Assembly (NCBI GenBank): GCA_017634825.1
Contig: JAGBMP010000064.1
Coordinates: 10,332 to 74,331, forward strand
Source: Butyrivibrio sp.
GTDB taxonomy: Bacteria > Bacillota > Clostridia > Lachnospirales > Lachnospiraceae
Length of the DNA stretch: 64,000 nt
Direction: 5' to 3'
The notes below the pieces were generated by a model that worked only from the letters and a program-made list of their open reading frames with translations, ran no database searches and was not told the origin of the DNA. The translations under genes and the position numbers were made by a program. The number at the start of each line of letters is the position of its first letter. The first letter of the stretch is position 1. This document shows, piece after piece, positions 40,840 through 49,085 of this stretch.

Positions 40840-42546
40840 ATGAAAGACAACTTGGAAGGACTCAAAAAAAAGAATAGAAAATCCTTGGAAAGAATGGCGT
40901 TTTACGCCATTCTTTTTGCCATGCTTACCATCCTGGTTCTCGCTATCATAGTTGAGTACATAATGTTTGTATTTCCCACAATGCAAAATTACAAAAGGGA
41001 GATGAATCATGAGGGTGAGTTTGCAGCAGCCATGATTGATCAGGAGTATCTTGCAGATTTCTGCAGTCAGGTAAAAGATCTTTATAACAATACTCCTGAA
41101 GAGGTAAGAGCCGATCAGTCAGGAGATGCATATATCGGAGAGATCATCCCTCTTTTGGACGAAAGATTTGCAGATGCCAGAGAAGTGCTTAAGGCTGCCA
41201 GAGAACATGCTCATATGGAGAATGTGTTCCTTAGCTTTTTTGACGAAGAAAATGAGCGCCTTGTCATGATATTGGATGGTAATGTCAAGGAGAAGGCCTT
41301 TTTACCGGGGCAATGGATATCCAGGGAAAACGGAGATATTGACTCGCCGGATGTCATAGACAGGATACAAAGCTCAGACTGGTTCATGCCTGTGGGCTAT
41401 GGAAAGGTTTCAGGCTGGACAGCCACCAATTATCTTGCGATAAATGATGCAAACGGAAATTTCCTGGGATATATGGTAATGACTGTCAGGATCAATGATC
41501 TTGCAGATCAGGTCGGTACCTTTATTAAAATCTATGTTCCTGTAATGATTATAATGCTGGCAATCGTGACTATCATAGGCGTTAAATTTGTCAGAAAAGA
41601 GTTTACGGGGCCCATAAACGGACTGGCCCAGGCAGCAAGAGAATACACCTCATTGGGCAAGCTTGATGTCAGGGATGATACCAATGTCTTTTCCAAGCTG
41701 GATATAAAAACTGGAAATGAGATAGAGGAGCTGTGGGATACTATGGTGGACATGGAAAAGGATGTATCCCATGCTCTTGTTCAGATAAGAGATGCGACAG
41801 CCAGAGAAGAAAGAATTGCAACAGAGCTGGATCTTGCCAAGAGCATTCAGCTTGCAGCACTTCCTACATCGTTTATCAACAATGAAAAAATAGAGATCTT
41901 TGCCAGAATGACTCCGGCCAAGGAGGTCGGTGGTGACTTTTATGATTTCTTTATGATCGATGATGATCATCTTGCCATGGTCATCGCTGATGTGTCCGGC
42001 AAAGGAGTTCCGGCAGCTCTTTTCATGATGATCAGTAAGACACTGATAAAAAACAGGGCTCTTCAGGGAGGAAAACCCTCTGAAATCCTGAAGTTTACCA
42101 ATGATTCCCTCATAGAGGACAACATCAACGATATGTTTGTTACCATCTGGATCGGAATCCTTGACACAAATACAGGTATTGTCACAGCCTCAAGTGCCGG
42201 TCATGAATATCCTTTTTATACGGACCTGGACGGAGAGTATCAGATGCTTCAGGATCCTCACGGAGTTGTATGTGGTGCCATTGACGGTCTGGAATATGAG
42301 GACTATACCTTCAGGCTTCCTGTAGGCGGAAGGATATTTGTCTACACAGACGGAGTGGCTGAAGCCCAGAACGAAGCTGAGGAAATGTTCGGCATTGAGA
42401 GGATTACTGACTCCCTGAACAGCCATAGGGATAAGGATCCGTCAGAGCTTGTGTCCTTGGTGAAAAATGATGTTGATGCTTTTGCAGGTGGTAAGGAACA
42501 GTTTGATGATATAACAATGCTAAGTCTTTGGTACAAAGGCTGCTGA
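40840..42546 (+). CDS. Membrane sensor HAMP-PP2C (SpoIIE/RsbU-like) phosphatase
   Basis: Two TMs, HAMP, AKSIQ, PAKEVGGDFYD, IADVSGKGVPAAL, AGH, YTDGVAEA, FDDIT. Confidence 0.93.
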   Translation: MKDNLEGLKKKNRKSLERMAFYAILFAMLTILVLAIIVEYIMFVFPTMQNYKREMNHEGEFAAAMIDQEYLADFCSQVKDLYNNTPEEVRADQSGDAYIGEIIPLLDERFADAREVLKAAREHAHMENVFLSFFDEENERLVMILDGNVKEKAFLPGQWISRENGDIDSPDVIDRIQSSDWFMPVGYGKVSGWTATNYLAINDANGNFLGYMVMTVRINDLADQVGTFIKIYVPVMIIMLAIVTIIGVKFVRKEFTGPINGLAQAAREYTSLGKLDVRDDTNVFSKLDIKTGNEIEELWDTMVDMEKDVSHALVQIRDATAREERIATELDLAKSIQLAALPTSFINNEKIEIFARMTPAKEVGGDFYDFFMIDDDHLAMVIADVSGKGVPAALFMMISKTLIKNRALQGGKPSEILKFTNDSLIEDNINDMFVTIWIGILDTNTGIVTASSAGHEYPFYTDLDGEYQMLQDPHGVVCGAIDGLEYEDYTFRLPVGGRIFVYTDGVAEAQNEAEEMFGIERITDSLNSHRDKDPSELVSLVKNDVDAFAGGKEQFDDITMLSLWYKGC

Positions 42547-42606
42547 TGAAAAATATTTTCAATTTTATAAAAAAAAACTAAATTATTATTAATGACACAC
42601 GAAATA

Positions 42607-42615
42607 TGGTACAAT
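42607..42615 (+). promoter_or_regulatory. Extended -10 promoter candidate for the CIS operon
   Basis: TG-G-TACAAT in an AT-rich intergenic region about 50 nt upstream of ATG 42664. Confidence 0.35.
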
Positions 42616-42663
42616 TAATTAGATTTTTTGTAGCATATTTACAATATGTAGGGGGAAAGATAT

Positions 42664-44520
42664 ATGGCCAGCAATCAAGTGTATCCTTTTGAACGAAATC
42701 GTTACTATCCGGGGAAGATGCTTACCACTGCGGATTTCCAGGCAGAGCAGAGTTATCATATCAATAAAATGAGATTTATGAATTCCCTGATGTATGGAGC
42801 GGGAATTGTCTGCGGCTGCAGCGTTGTAAACCTTGATGACCTTTCAATCCTTATTGAGAGCGGAGTTGTACTGGATGGCGATGGCAGAGAGATCATCATT
42901 GATTCATCTATCGTAAAAAAGCTTTCGGCAATTGAAGGCTTTGATATGTTACAGGGAAGTACTGCCTGTCTGTGTGTTCGATTCAAAGAAAAGGATATTC
43001 ATTCCGTCTACGCTGTTTCCCATAAAGAATCAGATCAAGAATATGAGTATAACCGTATCAGCGAGGGTTATGAGATCTTCCTTGTTGATAAGGATGATTT
43101 TGATGAGTCTTTTGAGGTTGAGTCCGAGTTTCTCCAGAAGGAAAATCTGTTTAAGAGCGCCAATTTCACCGGCACTATTACAATTCCTGCAATAGCCTGC
43201 AAGGGCAGGAATGTCAAGGCTAAGATTGAGATCAAAAAGATTACGGGAGCTGATGTGAGACTCTCCTACAAGGGCATATTGGATATTCCCAATTTCACTT
43301 CTCCTGATGGCCAGCAGTTTATTGAGATTTCAGTGGATGACCTTGAACTGGCTGAGGACGGCGTTTACACCAAAGACATTTGGATGAATGTCCAGAACCA
43401 GGTTGCACTTGAAGGCAATGTGATCCTCAGGAGCGGTTCGGTTGCTGCCTTTGAGAATGACAAGGCGATTCCGGCAGAGAACAGCTTTGCGTTAAAGGTC
43501 AGGCTATCAGATGAGAATCCCGATTCCCTCATCAAGAGAGAAATGGGCAAGCTCTCTCTGGAGATGAGAAGGATTGCCGATAATTCATCAATAAAGCTTG
43601 CAGAGATCGATCTTATGCGCACAGAGAGCGCTTATGTTATTGAGAATGTAAGAGAGGTTGAGAAGAATCAGTACATAGATCTGCCCTCCAACAGTGCTCT
43701 TAAAAACGACTATCTTGAGTTCTTCAAAAAGGATGTTGAGCTCGCCCAGGCCCAGAGCGGACAGGTAGAGAACATCATCCAGAGAGCTCCTATCGTAGAG
43801 CCCATCCAGAATGAGCTAAAAAATGTTGCCACAGGCATTCTTGAGATCCCTCTCGGAAGAGATGCCAGAAGCGGAGATATAAGGTATTCGGGAGAGATAA
43901 CCCACGGCCTGGGACCCGGCAATGTCTATGTTTCCATCGGATATGAATATTTATCACAGGATCAGACCATCGGCGCCAATGCCAAGAGCACAGTCTACGG
44001 CAATCCCGAGCTGTTCTCAAGACAGTCACAGCAGCTTGCAGACACAGAAACTGCTGTAAGGGTTCTCAACGATAAGGGAAGCTTTGTTGTGGCAGCCAGA
44101 CTTCTTCATGATGTGGACTTCCTTGTACTTACCTACAGATGGGTTGCCATCAAGTTCCCGTCAGGAGAAGAGCTTGAAGCAGCCGACTACTACGGCAAGT
44201 CCATCACAGCCAAGACACCTACGGTTGTCATGAGGCCCAGAGAGAATTACTACTTCGGTGTTGATTTCAACAATATGGCACCATGCAGCATTACTTATGA
44301 ACTTACAGCTCCGTCCAGTGGTGAGGTTACAACGGACGGTGTATATACAGCTCCTGCCAAGGAAGGCGTATACGAGATCAGAATTTACTGCTCCGACATG
44401 CCTATGGTATGCACTTATGCCTACGCCATCGTCAAGGCTACAGCCACTGAAGAGGATGCAGGCAGCATAGAAGAACAGGAAAAAGAGCCCATGGTAAAGC
44501 TTCCTGAAATAAATATTTGA
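42664..44520 (+). CDS. CIS tail-fibre/baseplate-adaptor-like protein with C-terminal Ig-like domain
   Basis: N-terminal RNRYYPGKMLTTADFQAEQSY...GAGIVCG...DGDGREI resembles the baseplate-binding N-terminus of eCIS fibre proteins. C-terminal GEVTTDGVYTAP is Ig-like. Confidence 0.65.
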   Translation: MASNQVYPFERNRYYPGKMLTTADFQAEQSYHINKMRFMNSLMYGAGIVCGCSVVNLDDLSILIESGVVLDGDGREIIIDSSIVKKLSAIEGFDMLQGSTACLCVRFKEKDIHSVYAVSHKESDQEYEYNRISEGYEIFLVDKDDFDESFEVESEFLQKENLFKSANFTGTITIPAIACKGRNVKAKIEIKKITGADVRLSYKGILDIPNFTSPDGQQFIEISVDDLELAEDGVYTKDIWMNVQNQVALEGNVILRSGSVAAFENDKAIPAENSFALKVRLSDENPDSLIKREMGKLSLEMRRIADNSSIKLAEIDLMRTESAYVIENVREVEKNQYIDLPSNSALKNDYLEFFKKDVELAQAQSGQVENIIQRAPIVEPIQNELKNVATGILEIPLGRDARSGDIRYSGEITHGLGPGNVYVSIGYEYLSQDQTIGANAKSTVYGNPELFSRQSQQLADTETAVRVLNDKGSFVVAARLLHDVDFLVLTYRWVAIKFPSGEELEAADYYGKSITAKTPTVVMRPRENYYFGVDFNNMAPCSITYELTAPSSGEVTTDGVYTAPAKEGVYEIRIYCSDMPMVCTYAYAIVKATATEEDAGSIEEQEKEPMVKLPEINI

Positions 44521-44531
44521 GGGATGAATAA

Positions 44532-45377
44532 ATGATCTACGAATCCGATAAAATGCGGCTTTTGCCTGTTTCAACCAAATTTGTCGGTCCGGTCAACGAC
44601 TGTTATATCTGCAGGGATCTCAAATCCTCAGGTGGTATCCTGTACACCACCATCGTGATCCATGATCACGATGTGGTCAGGAGAGTGCTTGAGATGTTCA
44701 GGCTTTCGAACAGAAATGGCAAAGAGATCCTTGTGGATGAATTTGCTATGTCCGACAAGCATATTCTGGTTTTTCCATATCACAACGAGCGGCCGTTATT
44801 TGATTTCTATGAGGGGGAGAGCCTTACACTTTCTCAGTGTGAGGATGTATGTATCAGTACCATTCTTGCATGTATCACTTGCGATCTTCCTTATCCAATT
44901 GTATATCTGCTTCTGACAGGAGGCATGCTGAACCTTGCCAGTGACCGTTCGGTGTATTTCGGCTATGAGATGGATCTTTCCAAATTGGAGGATACTATTT
45001 CCGAAAAAGAGTGCACTGACATTTGCGCCAAGATCCTCCTTAAGATGCTTGAACCAAAGGCAGGTCAGAAGGCTACCAGCTACTATCTTCTTCAGAAGAA
45101 GACAGCTAATTCAAGTTATATGAGATTCCCTGATCTGTACAGAGATGTTACCATCGCTGCCGTATCAAAAAAGAAGATCACGGTATGGTTTCTCATCAAG
45201 CTATGGATCAAGCGCAATTCGGATACCATTATCGGAGTGCTGTTCTGGATCAGCGTGATACTGGGGCTTGTAACCCTGAGCATTATTTTCTCAAGGCTTT
45301 TACTTGGGGGTAATTCATGGTTCAGGCTTCTGTTTAATACATTTAAGAAAATCGGAACTGAAAGCTTACTGCAATAG
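44532..45377 (+). CDS. Membrane protein with cytoplasmic pseudokinase-like domain (hypothetical)
   Basis: Kinase-like N-lobe/C-lobe pattern without catalytic motifs; C-terminal TM IIGVLFWISVILGLVTLSIIF. Confidence 0.55.
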   Translation: MIYESDKMRLLPVSTKFVGPVNDCYICRDLKSSGGILYTTIVIHDHDVVRRVLEMFRLSNRNGKEILVDEFAMSDKHILVFPYHNERPLFDFYEGESLTLSQCEDVCISTILACITCDLPYPIVYLLLTGGMLNLASDRSVYFGYEMDLSKLEDTISEKECTDICAKILLKMLEPKAGQKATSYYLLQKKTANSSYMRFPDLYRDVTIAAVSKKKITVWFLIKLWIKRNSDTIIGVLFWISVILGLVTLSIIFSRLLLGGNSWFRLLFNTFKKIGTESLLQ

Positions 45378-45382
45378 AAGGG

Positions 45383-47833
45383 GTGTTTTGCATGGCACAG
45401 CTTGGGCTTAAGAAAAGACTAATTATCATATTGTACATTATCAGTTTCACCATTTCGCTGTTTATTTTTTCCGCATTCATGAATGGTGTTTCCATTGATG
45501 TTGAGTGCACAACCTACTCATCATACGCAGTGGATGGATCTGATATATATTATGCCCAGAACATAAAAGACAAGGGCGTTCTTTTTAAGCTTAACAGTAA
45601 GGGCGATGCATCCAGAATGTTCCTCACGGACGGAATGGCCGACACCCGTATCCTTGGTGTTGATACAAGCGGCGAATATGTCTATGTCATAACCTCCGGC
45701 TTTACAAAAGAAAAGAGCAAGGATGATGAGGATGCATTTGAAACCACTACCTGCTATCACCTGCTTGAGTTGGACCATAAATTAAATCTTATCAGAACCA
45801 CCAGAGCTTTCTATCTGGATGAAAACGACGTATTTACAGGGTTTTCCGCTGATGCCAACGGCCTTTACATTACCTGCGTTACATCCGACGGAAGCAGAGT
45901 TACGGCTTACGGAACCGATTACGATCAGTTAAAAGACCCTGATGATATGAGTCTTGACTCCATAGCAATGAATATCATCAGAACCAAGACTGCTCTTGAA
46001 GGAAGGATGTACTCGGATGCCCTCTATGAAGAGGGGCAACTCTATGTTCGAACAGATGCTGATGTTCCGAGTTCGGTGTTTGCCATTGATCCATTTATAA
46101 AAGAGGTTGTCTCCCGGCTTAAGCTGACACTGGGAATGCTCTTTAGGCTTTACGGTGCTTACATTGTTTGGTACATCGTACTCTTTGTTATCTGGTGCAT
46201 ATTGCTCAGCCTTGTGGTCAGGACTATATCCAACAGAAACAGGTCTTTTTACTTCATTCTTATTGCCGAGGGTATGCTGCTTGCAATAACACTTTCAGCG
46301 GCCATTGCCGTTGCAGCCAATAACATGGATGCCAGAAGTGTAGAACATTCCAGGTTTGCTGTCACCTCACTTATCGGACTTGCCGATGAAGCGGGGCTTA
46401 AAGAAGACATTGACTATGACAGTAGTGTGACATACGACGATGTAAGATATATACAGATAAGAGATAGTCTCTCGGAGTTCGTTCAGAGAGCGGGAAACAA
46501 CGATATCTTTTACGATGTATTTGTGTACAGGATAAGGGACGATTATATCTGTGCCAGCGCCAGCGGCAGAAACAGACAGTCTATCAGTGATATTTACGGA
46601 ACCGAAATGGGCCGTATTGACGATGAGATCAAGAGAGGCAATATTTACACCGCTGTGGATGTGAACATAGAAGGCCAGAAATACAGGGCGGTTGCGGCTG
46701 CGGTTGACAATCTGGCTCCGCAGTACGCTATTGTGGGCATTATAAACACCACAACTCTTGATAAGAGCGTATTTGTAGGCAATACAGGAACATTTCTTAT
46801 ATTTATTGCCGCCTTTGCCGTAGGCTCAGCCCTTGTAACTCTTGCATGGTACCTGCACATGAGAGACCTTGTCTCCTTCGAGGAGGCGCTGTCTGCTTCA
46901 GCTGCAGGAGAGGCTCTCCCTGAGAGACCTGCTGTTATAGGTTCCGATGTAAAAGACATGTGGGATTCCCTGGCAGAGATCCACAAGAGGGTAGATGAGA
47001 TTGAGTACACAAAGATCAAGATCCTGGAGGCATATTACAGATTTGCACCCAAGAACGTTGAAAAAGCTCTCTTTAAGAAGTCAATCATAGAAGTTGAAAA
47101 CGGAGACAGGTCAAAGCTAAACGGATCTGTATGTCTTACAAACATAGATATCTCCGGAGGAAAGAGGCTTAAAAAGCTTGATTCCTTTATCGGAAGCATA
47201 GGAGAGTACCAGAAGGATCACGACTGTATGATCATCGGTAAATCTCCCGACATGTCATCACTTCAGATGCTGTTTTTGGATACTGAGTCTGCCACGGTTC
47301 GCTTTATTACAGACCTTTATACACAGCATACAAGGAGTGAAAACGCGATCCATCCGTCAACGGTTATCTTCTTTGATGAGTGCAGGTTCGGCGTTATGGG
47401 TAATGAGGACGAGGCTACAACCTATCTTCGTTCCATGAACCAGGATATCTACAGAGGAATACTTAAGTTTGCCACACAATTGCGGCTTGGTATCGTCATT
47501 TCAGAGGATATCAAAACAAGAGAGAATCTCTCTGCGGCCGTCAGATTTATGGGATATGCCAAGAGGGGCAATTCAGGAGAGGACATAAAGCTCTACGAGG
47601 TTCTGGATGCCTATGCGGTAAATGTCAGAAATGCACGTATAGCTTCTCTTCCAAGATTTAACGATGCTCTTGAGTCTTTCTACGAGAAGGATTTCTACAT
47701 AGCAAGAAACAAGTTCTCAGACATACTGAAAGAGAACCCTGATGATTCTCTTGTGAGATGGTATGTATTTGAGGCTGACAAATATCTCAATGAGATAGTT
47801 GACGATGAAAATTACAGATACATTCATCTTTAA
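45383..47833 (+). CDS. Multi-TM receptor with degenerate class III nucleotide cyclase domain
   Basis: AYYRFAPK...KKSIIEVENGD and the C-terminal IKLYEVLD...ENPDDSLVRWY match the flanks of receptor adenylate cyclases, but the catalytic motifs are degenerate. Confidence 0.65.
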   Translation: MFCMAQLGLKKRLIIILYIISFTISLFIFSAFMNGVSIDVECTTYSSYAVDGSDIYYAQNIKDKGVLFKLNSKGDASRMFLTDGMADTRILGVDTSGEYVYVITSGFTKEKSKDDEDAFETTTCYHLLELDHKLNLIRTTRAFYLDENDVFTGFSADANGLYITCVTSDGSRVTAYGTDYDQLKDPDDMSLDSIAMNIIRTKTALEGRMYSDALYEEGQLYVRTDADVPSSVFAIDPFIKEVVSRLKLTLGMLFRLYGAYIVWYIVLFVIWCILLSLVVRTISNRNRSFYFILIAEGMLLAITLSAAIAVAANNMDARSVEHSRFAVTSLIGLADEAGLKEDIDYDSSVTYDDVRYIQIRDSLSEFVQRAGNNDIFYDVFVYRIRDDYICASASGRNRQSISDIYGTEMGRIDDEIKRGNIYTAVDVNIEGQKYRAVAAAVDNLAPQYAIVGIINTTTLDKSVFVGNTGTFLIFIAAFAVGSALVTLAWYLHMRDLVSFEEALSASAAGEALPERPAVIGSDVKDMWDSLAEIHKRVDEIEYTKIKILEAYYRFAPKNVEKALFKKSIIEVENGDRSKLNGSVCLTNIDISGGKRLKKLDSFIGSIGEYQKDHDCMIIGKSPDMSSLQMLFLDTESATVRFITDLYTQHTRSENAIHPSTVIFFDECRFGVMGNEDEATTYLRSMNQDIYRGILKFATQLRLGIVISEDIKTRENLSAAVRFMGYAKRGNSGEDIKLYEVLDAYAVNVRNARIASLPRFNDALESFYEKDFYIARNKFSDILKENPDDSLVRWYVFEADKYLNEIVDDENYRYIHL

Positions 47834-47855
47834 GCCTTGACTCTAGGAGGAAACA

Positions 47856-49085
47856 ATGGGCGGTGGTGACCTTTTAAGTATTTTAATACAGACCGTCAAG
47901 TCCAAGATGACCGGACTTGTCACCAAGTTCAGGCTTTACACCAACTGGAACTTCATTAAGACCAAGATCTTTAGCAAGATCAGGGATTTCTTTTCAAATC
48001 TCTTAGGTGTAAAACCCAGAAACAAATACGATTACTTCACCATCGGAAGATGGATGTTCTCGAAAAGGCTTCTGTACGCTCTGGTTATCATCATCGGCGT
48101 ACTCAGTATCTGGTATATATCAACAGAGACTACACTTTTCAGGAACTTTTCCGAGGACGGGATCGTAACCTACAAGTACAATTCACTCAGGCTCAGAACT
48201 GCCAAGGGCCATGTCAAGATAAAGGGCAAAAGCGGTTATGTAGCCTATGACGGGGATGTGAGCGCGGGCTACGTCAACGGAAACGGTACACTTTTTAACA
48301 AGTATGGCGGAGTTGTTTACACAGGAACCTTTGCCCAGAACAAGTATGAGGGCATAGGAACCCTTAATTACGAGAGCGGCAATGCCATGTATAAAGGCTC
48401 TTTTCACGAGAATCTCTACGAGGGAGAGGGGACTTTGTACAGAGAGGATGGAACAAGGGAGTATGTAGGGGAATTCTCCAAGGGGAAAAAGAACGGCGAG
48501 GGCGTCCTGTACGACACCGGAGAGAATGAACTCTACGAAGGCATTTTTGCCAGCGACTCAATAGTTTACAGCGAGATGCTGGGTAAGACCGTTGAAGATC
48601 TGTCCCAGAGCTACAAGGGACACAGAGACCTGTATACAACAAGCTATGATTCCGTAGGCGTCATGAATGATATAGATGCCCTCTACCACGCCAGGATCGA
48701 TTCGGAAGCTCTTGATGATTCCGAGACCATCGATTCGGTGTATGTACTTACAGATACCTTTAAGTATGGCAATGAGAGCATAAATACAATTGACGGACTT
48801 GAAGAAGTTCTGGGTAAGCCTGTTTATGAAGGAAATTCAATGGTTCTTCTTCCCGAGGCTGTATCCATCAACGAACTGAGTAAGACCAAGACCGTTATAA
48901 ACGGGCCGGTAGAGATGGAACTGGACCAGACCTTCTCGGATGTGGCAGAAGTAAAGAGCATTGATTATTCATACGTTGTTTATATCTATTCCTATAGAAA
49001 AGGAGATGTGATGTACTCCTTCGTGGGAGATGGAACAGACAATACCTTTGATTTCTATTATGTATCGGGAGTTAAGACGGGTTGA
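47856..49085 (+). CDS. MORN-repeat membrane protein
   Basis: One TM, then repeats YDGDVSAGYVNGNG, YTGTFAQNKYEGIG, YKGSFHENLYEGEG, YVGEFSKGKKNGEG. Confidence 0.85.
   Translation: MGGGDLLSILIQTVKSKMTGLVTKFRLYTNWNFIKTKIFSKIRDFFSNLLGVKPRNKYDYFTIGRWMFSKRLLYALVIIIGVLSIWYISTETTLFRNFSEDGIVTYKYNSLRLRTAKGHVKIKGKSGYVAYDGDVSAGYVNGNGTLFNKYGGVVYTGTFAQNKYEGIGTLNYESGNAMYKGSFHENLYEGEGTLYREDGTREYVGEFSKGKKNGEGVLYDTGENELYEGIFASDSIVYSEMLGKTVEDLSQSYKGHRDLYTTSYDSVGVMNDIDALYHARIDSEALDDSETIDSVYVLTDTFKYGNESINTIDGLEEVLGKPVYEGNSMVLLPEAVSINELSKTKTVINGPVEMELDQTFSDVAEVKSIDYSYVVYIYSYRKGDVMYSFVGDGTDNTFDFYYVSGVKTG

Noticed and set aside
40431-41010. Minus-strand 102-aa ORFs from the track
   Set aside because: Antisense shadows of the two plus-strand peptide genes and the phosphatase, which have SDs and recognisable motifs.
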